Assembly: GCA_964016885.1 (NCBI GenBank)
Contig: OZ024740.1
Span: 245,830,001-245,894,000 of the forward strand
Direction: 5' to 3'
Origin: Eledone cirrhosa
Taxonomy: Eukaryota
DNA length: 64,000 bases
Position numbers and translations under genes: made by a program
The notes under the pieces: model-generated
What the model saw: the letters and a program-made list of their open reading frames with translations, nothing else
Told to the model about the DNA's origin: nothing
Databases searched by the model: none
Shown here: one piece after another, positions 12,024 to 24,934 of the stretch
Layout: each line of letters begins with the position of its first letter
Position numbering within the stretch: the first letter of the stretch is position 1

Positions 12024-13591
12024 ATTATAGTTTTGCAGGCATTAACAGAGGGGTTTAAGACTGGATGCCCATGGGAACTCCTATATATGGATGATCTCGC
12101 ACTTATAGCTGAATCTATGGTAGAACTAGAGAAGAAATTCCAAACATGGAAGCAGGGATTAGAAAGAAAGCGTCTCAAAGTCAACATGACAAAGACTAAG
12201 GTTCTTGTAAGTAGACGAGAAAACAGAACCCAGATCCCCTCAGGGAAATGGCCTTCCTCAGTATGTAGGAAAGGTGTAGGTAGCAACTCTATCCTCTTCC
12301 CCAAATGCAAACAATGGGTACACAAGAAATGTAGTGGGATCTCAGGAAGCTTAACTAAGAATGTAGGCTTCATATGTAGCAGCTGCACTGGGACAGAAAG
12401 CAGAAATGGCCACAGGAAACAAGCACCACCAAACACTGTGAGGGCTCTGTAGAAACAGGAGACAGCCTCCGCTATCTAGGTGACCTAATTAGCAGCGGAG
12501 GTGAGTGTTCGAAAAGTACAATAACTAGGGTAAGAACAGGATGGACGAAGTTCAGGCAGCCACTGCTAGCTGCAAAAGGCTTCTCCCTCAAAATGAAAGG
12601 CAGACTGTATGATGCATGTATATGAACAGCAATGTTACATGGAAGTGAAACCTGGGCGCTGTCTGTAGAAGACTTACGCAGATTAGAAAGAAACGAAGCT
12701 TGCATGCTCCGATGGATGTGTAATAGTAATATATGCAAATGGCAAAGCATAAACGAATTGAGAGAGAGACTGAGCATAAGAGGAATCAAATGCTGTGTGC
12801 AGGGGAGGAGGTTACGTTGGTATGGACATGTGATGCATATGAAGGATGACAGCTGCTTAAGAAGGTGCAGAGCACTAGAAGTCAATGGAAGCCGCGGAGT
12901 GGGGAGACCCAAGAAGACCTGGGATGAGATGATAAAAGCCGACCTTACCCAATTGCACTTCTCAAGGGCAATGACACACGACCGTGACCTCTGGCGTCAG
13001 TCACGCAGTAATAGAGAAGACCCGACTTCCCACAGGAACAAGCTGAAGCATATCGACAATATGCCCCCCACCCCTCCCACTGCAAAATGATCATGGAGGT
13101 GCCACGGCAAAAAAGCACCCAGCCCACACTAAAGTGGACGTGTACGCGCCACGGAAAAAAAGCACCCAGTACTCACTGTAAATGAGGTTGGTGTTAGGAA
13201 GGGCATCCAGCTGTAGAAATCAAGCCAGAATCAGTTCCTGTATGAGCAAGACAAGGTCAGCCGACTGGACACTGCCCACAACAGGACAATCTGTCTAACC
13301 CATGCTAGCGTTGAAGAACGGACATAAAACGGTGATGATGATGATGTATGTATATATATATATATATGCAGAGGTTATATTTAATTTGTTGGGATTCAAC
13401 AAGCTTAAACATTTTTATAACTGATATAAAACACTCAACAGCTTAGTGGAGTAAATACACAATATATTAATAAATGGAAACTATATTTATAAAACCATAT
13501 TTATTTTATTATACATATTTCAAGGAAGCTCCAACTATTAAGGTTGTCTTTTTTTCCGGGTATGTCAACATTTATTTATAAAACAAATCCG

Positions 13592-13657
13592 TATTTTATC
13601 TGATGAAAGCGCACCATAATTTGCCTTGGTGGCCCTTGAAATATGTATAATAAAATA
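13592..13657 (+). ncRNA. Type I hammerhead ribozyme in an inverted-repeat element (~13370-13700)
   Basis: TATTTTAT CTGATGA AAG CG CACCA...TGGTG GCC CTT GAAA TATGTA TA ATAAAATA. Its 3' flank is inverted at ~13460-13525. Confidence 0.82.
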
Positions 13658-13744
13658 AATATGGTTTTATAAATATAGTTTCCATTTATTAATATATTGT
13701 ATATATATATATGTGTATGTATATATGAAAGTATATATATAAGG

Positions 13745-16686
13745 CATGGGGTGGGAAAGTGTAACAACAATGGTATGCTCCTGCTGCAGATGTGTGAGGA
13801 GCTGGATCTGTGTCTTACCAACACCATGTTCTAGCAAAAGAACAAATTTAAGACCACATGGATGCATCTTGCATCTGAGGAATGGCATCTTTTGGACTAC
13901 GTCCTAGTCAGGATGCATGACAGATGGGATGTGCAGTGTGTTCGTGTTCTTCATGGAGCTGAGTGCTGGATGGACCACCGCCTGGTACGCGCAAAAGTGA
14001 AACTAATCACTAAACGTAAAATCCGGGCTCCTGGTGTTACCCTGCTAAGAAGATTGAATGCTGCTTGTCTTAGGGATAAAGATGTGAAGAGGACATTGCG
14101 AGAAGAGATGCATGTTGCAGATCTTGGTGAGGATTGACCGACCCTTAAAAAGTCGGTTTATGATGTAGGCAGGCGTGTTCTGGGATTGGTGCAGAGAAAA
14201 CATCAAGACTGGTTTAATGAGAATGATGAACATATAGAAGACTTGTTGGCTGATAAGAGGCGTGCTCTGTCACGCTACTTGACGGCAAAACCACAGGAGA
14301 ATATGTTGCATAAGGAACTCAAGGATGTGAAATCATGTGTTAGGCGGAGTCTTTCTCAGATGAAGGATCAGTGGTGGAATGAGAAGGCTGATTAGATACA
14401 AACTGTATCAGATTCCAATAACACAAAGCTGTTGTACAGTCTCTTGCATGAAGTTTATGGACCGTCTTCTTCTCTGGTGACACCGCTTCGCAGCAAGTTT
14501 GGCAAGGAACTTCTTCGTGACTCACAAGGAATTCTACAAAGGTGGCGAGAGCACTTTGATGAACTTTTGAATCAGCCGTCTGTCGTCAATGAAGATTTCC
14601 TCAATCTCATTCCAGAAAAACCTGTGAAAGTAGCTCTCGCAGAACCACCGACGCTTGTGGAGGTTGCAGTAGCTATCTCGAAGTTGAACAGTGGAAGGTC
14701 TCCAGGTATGGATGGCATACATGCAGAGCTCCTACAATATGGTGGTGAGGGACTTCTGCAACATCTTCACTCTTTGTTTGACAGGATATGGGTTAGTGAA
14801 TCCGTACCTGAGGACTGGAGAGATGCAGTAATGGTGGTCTTGTGCAAGGGAAAGGGTAACAGGAATGATTGTGGGAACTACAGAGGTATATCATTGCTTT
14901 CTGTTGTAGGAAAAATTTTATGTAGGGTGCTTCTGGACTGTCTGCTGACACACATTGCAGATTGTGTTCTTCCTGAAAGTCAATCTGGTTTTCATGCTGG
15001 ACGCGGCACTACTGATATGATCTTCTCTGCTAGACAGCTCCAGGAGAAGTGCATGGAACAAGGTTTGGATCTGTATCAGGTTTTTGTTGATCTGACAAAA
15101 GCTTTCGATACTGTTAACAGAAATGCATTGTGAAGGTTCTCCAGAAACTTGGTTGCCCTGATAAGTTCCTTGCTTTCATCATCATCATCATCTTTGTTTA
15201 ACGTCCATCTTCCACGTTATCATGAGTTAGGTCTTTCCATGACGACATGAAGGCTTGGGTTAATGTCAGGTAACATGTCGGAGCCTATCTCAGTAAAAAT
15301 TGGAGTAAAACGGGGATATTCCAGCACCGAACATCCAATATTGAACCTCAGGCAGCATATTTAACATCAGGTGCTTTGCTGCAAAAACAAAAGTATTTAC
15401 ATCAATCATAAGAGACCTCTTGTATGCAGATGATTGCGATCTTGTAGCGCACACAGAGTGATATGCAGCACATTTTTAATGCATTTTCTGATGCTTGCAC
15501 TGCCCTAGGATTGACTGTCAGTTTCAAGAAAACCGTCATCATGTACCAACCTGCCCCTGGTAAGCAGTACAGTGAGCCAGATATCTATGTGCGTGGTAAA
15601 CGACTTGGAGTGGTTGATCAGTTTGTCTAGCTGGGAAGCACTGTCAATCGATATAGCAACCTTGATAATGAAATTCCACTCAGGATTAGGAAAGCAAGTG
15701 ATGCTTTTGGAAAGCTAGAAAGGCGACTCTGGGATCGGCGAGACATATGCAAGAAGACAAAGGTAAAGGTGTACAAGGCATGTGTGCTCTCTTCTCTTCT
15801 TTATGCCTGCGAGACCTGGGTCACATATCGACACCACCTTAAACAATTGGAGCGTTTCCATCACATGTGTCTCAGACGGATCCATGACGTTCACTGGAGG
15901 GACCACATCAGTGATGTCGGATTTTGGAAAGCTCTATGTGTAACAGTATAGAAGCTCTTGTGCTTAAGCAACGACTCCGTTGGAGTGGTCACCTTGCCAG
16001 GATGAAGGTTTCTAGAATACCAAAACAACTCTTTTATGGAGAGTTGGTTAAAGGAAAACGACCTCCACATAAACCAAAAAAGAGGTATAAGGATTCGTTG
16101 AAAGCCTCTTTGAAAGACGCTAACATCTCTGCTGATACATGGGAATATGTTGCTGCTGATCGTAATAAATGAAGAAAGACTGTATATGAGGGGAAAGTTG
16201 CCTTTGAGGCATCTCGAATCGCATACGAGAAAGTAAAGAGGGATGTGAGGACGGGCATTACTGTTGCATTTCCAGACAGCGAAGGTCCTCCTATGGCGCT
16301 GACATGCAGCGTCTGTGTGAGACTCTGCCTCAGCAACGCTGGACTCGAAAGTCATCTTCGCAGTCATAAAGTGAGACGACTACCAGGCTGCTGTTGGAGA
16401 TGCTACTCATCATGCTTGCCAAGCATGTGGTAGAGAATGTAAATCAGCAGGAGGGCTCAAGCGACATGCAAAAGTACATGAACTCCAACCACAGCCGGCT
16501 ATTCCCGGTGAATGCTTTGGTTGCCAACTCTGTGCAAGACATTTTAGATCATTGGCTGGGCTAAAAAGCCACATTTGATCGCAGCACTGTTAATTGTTAT
16601 CGTGTGTGTGTGTATATATTTTATTATTGTCGTTATTTTTTTTTTTTTCGTGCAATGGCCATACTCGATAACGAGGGGGCAGCTAT

Positions 16687-16690
<4 letters not shown>
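13745..16690 (+). mobile_element. RTE-clade LINE (family D), decayed, with C-terminal C2H2 fingers
   Basis: HLLDYVLVR, NYRGISLLSVVGKILCR, PESQSGF, FVDLTKAFDTVNR, RLRWSGH, then CSVC...HLRSH. Confidence 0.9.
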
Positions 16691-16728
<38 letters not shown>

Positions 16729-16739
16729 GATTATATTAG

Positions 16740-18076
16740 ATTAGAGAAAGGGTCAAATCAGATGAGATGCAGTTTGGTTTTGTGCCTGGGAAAAGTACAA
16801 CAGATGCCCTCTTAGTGAGACAACTACAAGAAAGGTTCTTAGAGAAGAATAAGCCACTATACTTAGCTTTTGTTGACCCAGAGAAGGCCTTTGATAGGTT
16901 ACCCCTATCTGTCATCTGGTGGTCCCTAAGGAAACTAGGTGTAGAAGAATGGCTTGTGAGGACAGTGCAAGCTATGTACAGAGGTGCTGTCAGTTAAGTG
17001 AGAGTAGGAATGGAGTTTAGTGAGGAATTTCAGATACAAGTAGGAGTGCATCAGGGTTTGGTCCTCAGCCCACTCTTGTTCCTTATAGTCCTCCAAGCCA
17101 TAACAGGAGTTTAAGACTGGCAGCCCATGGGAACTTCTCTATGCTGATGATCTGGTTCTTATAACAGAATCAGTAGAGGAGCAAGAAAAGAAATTCTAGC
17201 TATGGAAACGGCAGTTGGAATCAAGAGGACTGAGAGTGAACATAGCTAAGACAAAAGTGTTGATAAGTAGAAAAGGAACTGGCATACATTCTATAAAATG
17301 TACGCAATGCAGATCTTGGGTACACAAGAGATGTAGTGGGATAGCAGGCAAACTAATAGGTAGGGAAAACTACGTATGCAGTAGATGTACAAGGAAAGTT
17401 GACAGTAGTAATCGCAGTGATAGACACATGTTTCAAATGCAGGTGGGTTCTATAGAAGTGGTTGATAGCTTCCGGTACCTAGGTGATCAGATTAGCATGG
17501 GAGAGGGGTGTTCCGAGGCCATAGTATCTAGAATAAGGACAGGTTGGAAGAAGTTTAGGGAGCTGCTTCCTCTGTTGACAAAGAAAGGTTTCTCCCTGCG
17601 TACGAAAGGTCGGTTATATGATGCCTGTGTGAGATGTGCGATGCTGCATGGTAGTGAGACATGGGGAGCAACTACAGAGGATATGCGACGGTTGGAGAGA
17701 AATGAAGCAAGCATGTTCTGTTGGATGTGCAATTTCAATGTGCGTGAACGACCAAGCAAAGATGAGTTGAGACAGAAACTGTGTATAAGAGGGATAAGTG
17801 CAGGAGAGAAGACCGAGATGGTATGGACATGTGATGCGCATGGAGGATGATCGCTGGGTAAAGAAGTGCCAAGAAATGCCAGTAGAAGGAAGACGGAGTA
17901 TAGGAAGACCACAAAAAACATGTGAGGAGGTAGTGAGAGCAGACCTCAGATCACTGAAGCTCACAGAGGAGATGATGCTGGACCATGACAAGTGGAGAGA
18001 TGCTGTGCTGAGTAGGACACGTCCCACCCTTGCAAGCAGGGAAAAACAGGCGTAAAATGATGATGATGATGATGAT
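16740..18076 (+). mobile_element. RTE LINE (family B) 3' part
   Basis: QFGFVPGKSTTD and [12 protein letters not shown]. Short 3' UTR and (GAT)n tail. Confidence 0.92.
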
Positions 18077-18106
18077 ATATATATCTATATGTATGTAAAC
18101 AATGAT

Positions 18107-18660
18107 TTATAGGGTTTGTTGATTATCATTCCACAACATTATTTTTATAACAGATTTGAAGCACTTTCGCCATATCTCGTATGTCTCCGCTAGGTTTTCA
18201 CTCAAGACTTTCCAGTATGCCTGTTTTCTTAGGCTTAGTGTTTGGTTCCAAATATTTTTCATTTGGTTTCTTTTTTTGAAAGCTTCTTTTTCCAGATTCA
18301 GTTCATTCCATTCTTTGAACGCATTTTGAATGATGAAATTCTGGTCGTGTGTAACTATTTCCGAGGGTGAGATTTGTTCTTGTTTCTGGCGGTCTGCAAT
18401 TAGGGAATCAAGCTTCTCCCTATAGATGCGTGTTTGTTGTTCTATTTCATGTACAGCATTAGTAAGAGAGTCGTACTTACTTATTATTATGGAGAGTTTT
18501 CTGAGATTTCCTGTAATATTGTCTCCGATTTGAGATAACAGATTTTGAATGTGTGTTAGCCATTCTGTCATGTACACCACCATTAGAGGGCCAACATGGT
18601 TTCCAGTTCTCTTGTCTTGAAAGTTCTCAGAACCAAACCTGCCAGTTGTCTGCACATTGC
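18107..18660 (-). pseudogene. Unassigned coiled-coil ORF fragment, probably from a retroelement
   Basis: 196-aa open frame with charged helical composition (KNIWNQTLSLRKQAYW). No recognisable catalytic motif. Confidence 0.35.
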
Positions 18661-20930
18661 TGTCATTTTGGTGATGTGTACATGAAATGATGTTCATCTC
18701 AATACCCAGATCCCGTATTAATTTTGACTTTGGGATTTCAATTCCTCCTGGTCCAGTGTACTTTTGTTGTGGAGGTACTATGTTTGTGGATTGCTAACGA
18801 AAGGCTTAAAACTTACCTGCATTAAATTGCATATTGTTGTCTTCACCTCAATTGTATATGGCATCTAAATCTTGTTGAAAGAAGTAGCATCAACTGGTTT
18901 CTTGATTGCCTGTGCTACTTTCATGTCAGCAGTATAGCTTGTGAGTGAGGCTGTCTGTTTATATAGGGAGCGTCTGAGAGATCCCCCACAAACAGTAGTG
19001 GCTCCAAGAGAGTTCACTGGGGCACGTTGCTTTTTATTGATGTTTCCTTTGAGGAGGCCCCATTGGCTGCAACAGTCTGGCTTCTGTCTTTTAAGAATTC
19101 ATGAAGCCATTCACCTAGTTTTCCAGCTCTGCCAAAGCTACATAGTTTGTGACATATCATTCCATAGTCAACCTTGTCGTAGGCCTTCGCAAAGTTAAGA
19201 TATATCACATCCACATTCGAATAGTCTAGCAGCTGTGTGAATATCCAATTATAATGCTACAGAACAATTATGGAACATATGGTTCAACTTCTATGGAACA
19301 TATGGTTTGTATTATTTCTATGCATTGTTCAAATTGATATCTTCCGTAGAGAGACTGTCGATCTAGTTTTGCTTCAGAAGCTCTTCCTGAATCCTTTTTC
19401 AGTTAGCTTTGTGGAAATAAATAGAGACCGAGTGCTTCCTGTCGGTTGTCTTCCTTGAAGTATACATTCCTAGTTCTACTAAGGTTATGGTCTGAGAAAA
19501 TCGTTGGTGCCACTTTCACATTGTGGATGAGCTCCGTGTTATTCATGAAGCAGAGATCCAGGTTATTCTCACTTCTTTTGGATGAAGTACCATTTGTTCC
19601 ATGAAGAGTCTGTTTGTAAGGTCCAACAAGGATTCTGTTTTGCTTTTGTTCAAGTGTTGTCATTCCTGAGAGGGGCTGGCCTTCAGGCCATTTGACCTTA
19701 GGGAGGTTAAAATCTCTCAGCAGGAGGATGTTGAGACTCTGATCCAAATTGATCAGCACTTCTATCCTTCTGAGGCTATCTTCAAACATGTCCTGGGGGC
19801 TTCTGGTGGTCGATATGTGACGCACATTAACATTTGGAGTTACTTTACGTGTACTATTAGCATGTCACAGGCCGAGCTGGAATGTGACAACAGTACTAAT
19901 GATGTGACATCTTTAGGGATGTACACAGCAACTCCACCATGAGTTCTCTCCCTCCTGTCAAAACAAGATACAACATTCTTTGGTATGTGTATTTCTGCAT
20001 CTGCTATGCTAGTTGTCAGGTGAGTTTCTGTTAGTGCCATGCATATTGCTTGATTGCTTGTAGCTAGGTCTCTTAAGTAGAGGATCTTACACAGGTTGCT
20101 CAGTTTTACCAGGCCTCTGACATTTAGTAGTAGCACTGGTGTGTCATTTGGGGTGTCAGTGGTGGCCACTCTAGGTCCTTTATATGTGGTGATCACGAGT
20201 ATTGATGTGACTGACTTTGGTTTTGTATCTGATGAAGCCAAGTCAGCTGGCTCACAATCTTTTCTGCTATTTTTTAAAAAAGACTTGGTCCACAGCTACA
20301 GTCTGTACTGCTTCCACATACTGTCTCCTCTTCATCAGAGCAGTATGTGCAACCTCAGAATACTTCCTGGGCAGTGACTCTGTGTTGTTTGCCCATGTTG
20401 GTTTTGGCAGGAGTATTTGTGATGAGCTGGTTGGGTGCAGCTTGAATAGTTTGGGATGTTGAAACCTGCAGCTTGTCCCAATTTCCCCATGCCAGCAGAA
20501 GAACTTACAGAGTACTTGGGCTTTCGTTTTTGCAGGATCTATGTTTTTCCTAGTTCTAGTTTTCTTCACCTTAGTATTTATCCAATGGTCATCTCCTGTC
20601 AGTTTATTCGTGATTTTCTTCTTATTGGGGTCTGCCTGGTTGCTCTTTACTTTTGTTGCATTAGAGTATTTCATTTTCTTCACTAATATTTTCTGCATTG
20701 TAAGCCATCCCAGCCTTAGTGGCTGTCAGATCCTTCCAGGCTTTTGTGGCTTGTGTTTTTTTTCTTTTCCTTTGTCTTCTTTCGTCTCCTCTGTGAAGAT
20801 TTAGCTCACCAGATCCATGTGTGGCCTTATGAGTGTATAGGAATGAATAAATTCATTCTTTTTTCATTCTATCTGTGCCAGAGTTCTTAAAAAGTCAGTT
20901 TTTCATGTTCTCTTTAATTAACTTGTTTGA
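18660..20930 (-). mobile_element. CR1-like LINE remnant (ORF1 Cys/His motif, APE endonuclease, partial RT)
   Basis: CKFFCWHGEIGTSCRFQHPK; LLNVRGL, ALTETHL, GGVAVY, LDLCF, SDHN; DVIYLNFAKAYDKV...VPQ. Confidence 0.8.
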
Positions 20931-21119
20931 TGATGATGATGATGGAGAATCATCGGCCAAGCTTTATGGTCTGAGCATTGTCTCCAATTCTTTCACTTTC
21001 CAGTTTCATTGATTTTTGTTTTCATTTTCAGGAGTATTGTTCTTATTTTGATGCATATTTTGAGATTTCACAAGAAATATATAAATGTATATGTGTGTGT
21101 ATATATATATATATATATA

Positions 21120-21449
21120 TGGAGGCACATGACTTAGTGGTTAGAGCATTGGCCTTGCAATCGAAAGGTTGTGAGTTCAATTCTCAGACCAGGTGATGTG
21201 TTGTTTCCTTGAGCAAGACACTTTATTTCACATTGCTCCAGTTTACTCAGCTGTAGAAATGAGATGATAGGGACCGGGGTCCATATCATTCCACTGCAAA
21301 GTGGTCGTGGAGGTGCCACGGCAAAAAAGCACCCAGCACTCACTGTAAATGAGGTTGGTGTTAGGAAGGGCATCCAGCTGTAGAAATCAAGCCAGCATCA
21401 GTTCCCATCCCACCCTTGCAAGCAGGGAAAAAGCAGATGTAAAATGAAA

Positions 21450-21452
<3 letters not shown>
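21120..21452 (+). mobile_element. CORE-type SINE
   Basis: Near-identical to 7829-8181. Confidence 0.88.
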
Positions 21453-21511
<59 letters not shown>

Positions 21512-21781
21512 CACATCCTCCCTTTCCCATTCCATCCACTGTATCGATGATACAACAGTCCACACTGTAAGGTGGCCATGTAGGAGACACGGTAAAAAGG
21601 CTCCCAGTCTACACTGTAAATGTGGTTGGTGTTAGGAAGGGCATCCAGCTGTAAAAAACCTGCCAGAGACACTTCCGTATGAGCGAGACACGGTCTCCCG
21701 ACCATTCCTGCATCAAATGGAACAAAACCGTCTAACCTATGCTAGTGTGGAAGATGGATGTTAAACGATGATGATGATGAT
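21512..21781 (+). mobile_element. RTE 3' UTR fragment
   Basis: Matches 4690-4954 and ends in (GAT)n. Confidence 0.8.
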
Positions 21782-22522
21782 ATATACTGTATGCAGTCAT
21801 GTTTAAGTTGCACCAGTAAATAAGTCAAACCTCCACTTTGCATTTAATTTGAATTTCTTTTCGTAATTGAAGTAAACTGTATGTTAGTGTCAGAAAAATA
21901 AACATGAAATGTATGTTAATATGAAAAATCCCCATGAACTTCATCATCATTTTACATTCATTTTCCATGGTGGCAAGGGTTGGATGGATTCCTGCTATCT
22001 AAGTCAATTTTTATTTAGAGTTGCTACTCTCCTAGACAGTTTGGCAAACCATGTCTCACTAGTATGTTCCAATTTTGGCATGGTTTCTGCAGCTGGGTAC
22101 TGTACCTAATGCCAACCACTTTCTAAAGTGTATTGGATACATTTTATCATGGCACCTGTACTCAAGAGGTTGTCATGTTCTATCTCCAACCATTTTATAT
22201 ACTAGATGTATTTTTTCATGGCATCAAGATTTGAGAGTTTTCTTGTCTCTCATTAGACTAAAGAGTCCTTTCTACTCTATGTAGTCTTTGTTCTTTTAAG
22301 GCAAATATGAATAGAATGGGAGTGATAGCCATGAAGTTGAAAGAGGAGAAAGTGTAAATATGAACGTGAAGGAGGAAGCAGAGTGATAAGATAGTAGGAG
22401 AATGAGAAGGGCAGTGATAGCTAGATGGGTGTTGTAAACAAATGTAAAAGAATTACATTTTAGAAATAAAACATTTAAACCTCAGTAGATGATTAATTTT
22501 TGTTGTGTTCCTTACATTGCAG

Positions 22523-24934
22523 GAATCTGAGAAAGCAGATTGTGTTGTACAGTGTGTTACAGAGTCACTGACTGACATTCTAGCAGGTAATATTAAGTTA
22601 TCTGTATTATCAAAATGTTCTAACATCAAGCTGACCTATGTCCTTTATGGAAGACTGCTGGATTTAATCAAGATCCAGCCTATGAAGACTACTGAGACAC
22701 TGCTTGTTATCCTCAAGTTTCTGTATCCTGATCTTGTGCCTTTCTTACCGCAACGGATTGCTTCGTTTTCTTCATCGATTCGCCTCTACATTGAACGGGC
22801 TCGCAAACTAGGCAATGTGGAATCTATTTACCAACCCATCTCTACTCTCTATGCTGCTAAGTTAGAGGCAGAATGGAAAGATTTTACCATATGGGGAATC
22901 ACAAAAGCTATGCTTATAACTGGTCCATTAATTCCTCTGGCTGGTGCTAAGATGAGTCTTGCTAATAAACATGTCATAATCCTGTGTCGCTTACGAAATT
23001 CATATCATCTCTGTTGGTTTAAGGTCGTTCCCAAATGGCTGCATTTCTTTGGAATTCTGAACAATAAACTGTTAGTAAAACCATTCGATATTAAAAGACA
23101 GTGGTTGCAACTTGTTGAGCAAGCTGAACAGCTTGAAGGAGAAGAATTAAGAATTTACCTGGAAACACCATATCAGTTACCACTTCCTAGCAAATCTTCA
23201 AGGACTTTCAATCTGGAATATTTAAGTGATCCCATTTCAGCTGATAGCACAGTAAGTTCTAATGGTGTCACAAAAGAAACCTCCAGTTTGGCTGATCTTC
23301 CACAGAACAGATGTTCTTCTTATTGCAAAGAAAGCTCACGGGCTCAAAATCTGCGTCAAAAAGTTGATGAGCTCCAGTTACTTCTTGAAAATAAAGACAG
23401 AGAACTGACATGTTCTCTCAGTAAACTAACTGAGAAAGAAAAGAAAGTAGAATTCTTAACATTACGACTGTCTAAGATGAAAATGTTGAAAAATCATTGG
23501 CTGATGAAATATCGGAAACTCGCTGGTGCCAACATCTTTGCAGAAGACTCTGAATTTGATGTGAATTTACATGCTGAAAAAGTAAAAGAAAATACAAAAT
23601 GTATACGTAAAACACTGAACTTGGGTTGTTCAAATGAAAGTTCTAAATTCATGGACAAGTTCTTGGATGATGGTTTTGTTGAACAGCTTTTGGAATGTGT
23701 CATTGCTCGTGGTTTGAACATTGATCTAAGTTCCAGTGTTGTGTTGATGTTTCTACAAGAATTAGTTATCCACAGTGAGAAAAAATTACTGAACAGCCTA
23801 GACTCTTTGCAGAATGGCAATCTGAATATTGAACCAAATGTCATACTGAATTATAACAACTTGACACCCTCAGCAAACAATGATGACATTTTAATTACAG
23901 GTCAGATAGGTTCATTGTCTACTTTTAATTCCCATGTCACTAATAGCTCAAACTGTCTTAACAATCCCTCTTTTTCCTCTAATGATGTTTTTCAGAAATA
24001 TTTAGATGTTGATGAATCTGTTAATGATAAATGGTCCGATCTGTATGAAAAAACTTGTGAGATTTCACAGATAGATCCTAAAATTCTGTCAGAGGCAACT
24101 TCTGGAAAAAACTGCCAAGATGGAGACTGGCCCCCAAAAGGTTCTGATACGTCACCCATTGAAATTCTTGATAATTCCAGTATTTTGCTCAATGCAGAAC
24201 TTTTCTCTAAAATGGCTCTGACAAAGTCTGATCTGGTTACGAATGAAAATCTCACAGATACTTCTTCATACACAACATGGGACACAGAAAAGACAATTGC
24301 TGAACTTTCTAAAAACCTTGAATCTGATTATATTGTTTCTGTTCCTCTTGGTTCTGGGTTCTCTTCTACACCTAATGATCCTACAACAGTTTCAGATTCT
24401 GAGATTTCTACAAAAAGCTTGTTTGAGATGAACACTTTTAAAAATCTTCAAAGAACTTTTAATCATAAACCTTCTGTTTTCAAAACAAAAGATTACAGTG
24501 AATATGATGACATTCCAGCTATTGTAGATATCTGGTCTTATAGCAAACACTACAAACGCAGCAACAATCACCATGAAGAAAAGAATTTCTTTCAATCTGC
24601 TGAATTCAATAACAATTACATAGATATAACTACTGATTCTGATGGAACCAATGATACTGAGCCAAAAGAAAATAGTAATAGAGAACAAGATATTGGCAGA
24701 AAAGTATCTGACTTGAATAAACTGCATATGGGACCAGAACTATTATCAGTGAAAACAACTGGTTTGATCACTGATGAGATTTCAGCATTATGTAGAGATG
24801 GCTTTTTATCAGAAACATCGATAAACACAATAAAACCTAAACAATTTCCTCTAAAAGACCCTGCAAATTTAAAAAAACGACCACGTGGAAGACCTAGGAG
24901 TTTGAAACGTATGAAAATTCAAAAGACATCATGA
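22523..24934 (+). CDS. Large terminal coding exon of an uncharacterised host protein (coiled coil, Ser/Asp/Asn-rich region, C-terminal AT-hook)
   Basis: Uninterrupted 803-codon frame. Pyrimidine-rich tract and CAG acceptor ending at 22522 (phase 0). Coiled coil NLRQKVDELQLLLENKDREL. KKRPRGRPRS just before the stop. No transposon motifs seen. Confidence 0.75.
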   Translation, partial: ESEKADCVVQCVTESLTDILAGNIKLSVLSKCSNIKLTYVLYGRLLDLIKIQPMKTTETLLVILKFLYPDLVPFLPQRIASFSSSIRLYIERARKLGNVESIYQPISTLYAAKLEAEWKDFTIWGITKAMLITGPLIPLAGAKMSLANKHVIILCRLRNSYHLCWFKVVPKWLHFFGILNNKLLVKPFDIKRQWLQLVEQAEQLEGEELRIYLETPYQLPLPSKSSRTFNLEYLSDPISADSTVSSNGVTKETSSLADLPQNRCSSYCKESSRAQNLRQKVDELQLLLENKDRELTCSLSKLTEKEKKVEFLTLRLSKMKMLKNHWLMKYRKLAGANIFAEDSEFDVNLHAEKVKENTKCIRKTLNLGCSNESSKFMDKFLDDGFVEQLLECVIARGLNIDLSSSVVLMFLQELVIHSEKKLLNSLDSLQNGNLNIEPNVILNYNNLTPSANNDDILITGQIGSLSTFNSHVTNSSNCLNNPSFSSNDVFQKYLDVDESVNDKWSDLYEKTCEISQIDPKILSEATSGKNCQDGDWPPKGSDTSPIEILDNSSILLNAELFSKMALTKSDLVTNENLTDTSSYTTWDTEKTIAELSKNLESDYIVSVPLGSGFSSTPNDPTTVSDSEISTKSLFEMNTFKNLQRTFNHKPSVFKTKDYSEYDDIPAIVDIWSYSKHYKRSNNHHEEKNFFQSAEFNNNYIDITTDSDGTNDTEPKENSNREQDIGRKVSDLNKLHMGPELLSVKTTGLITDEISALCRDGFLSETSINTIKPKQFPLKDPANLKKRPRGRPRSLKRMKIQKTS

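Larger units (their letters stand above)
9215..13345 (+). mobile_element. RTE LINE (family C), end of endonuclease plus RT, with internal duplication and two nested insertions
   Basis: SQIDFILIR, TWWWN, RT ORF 9986-10816. The RT segment restarts at ~10855. (GAT)n tail at ~13333-13345. Confidence 0.93.
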
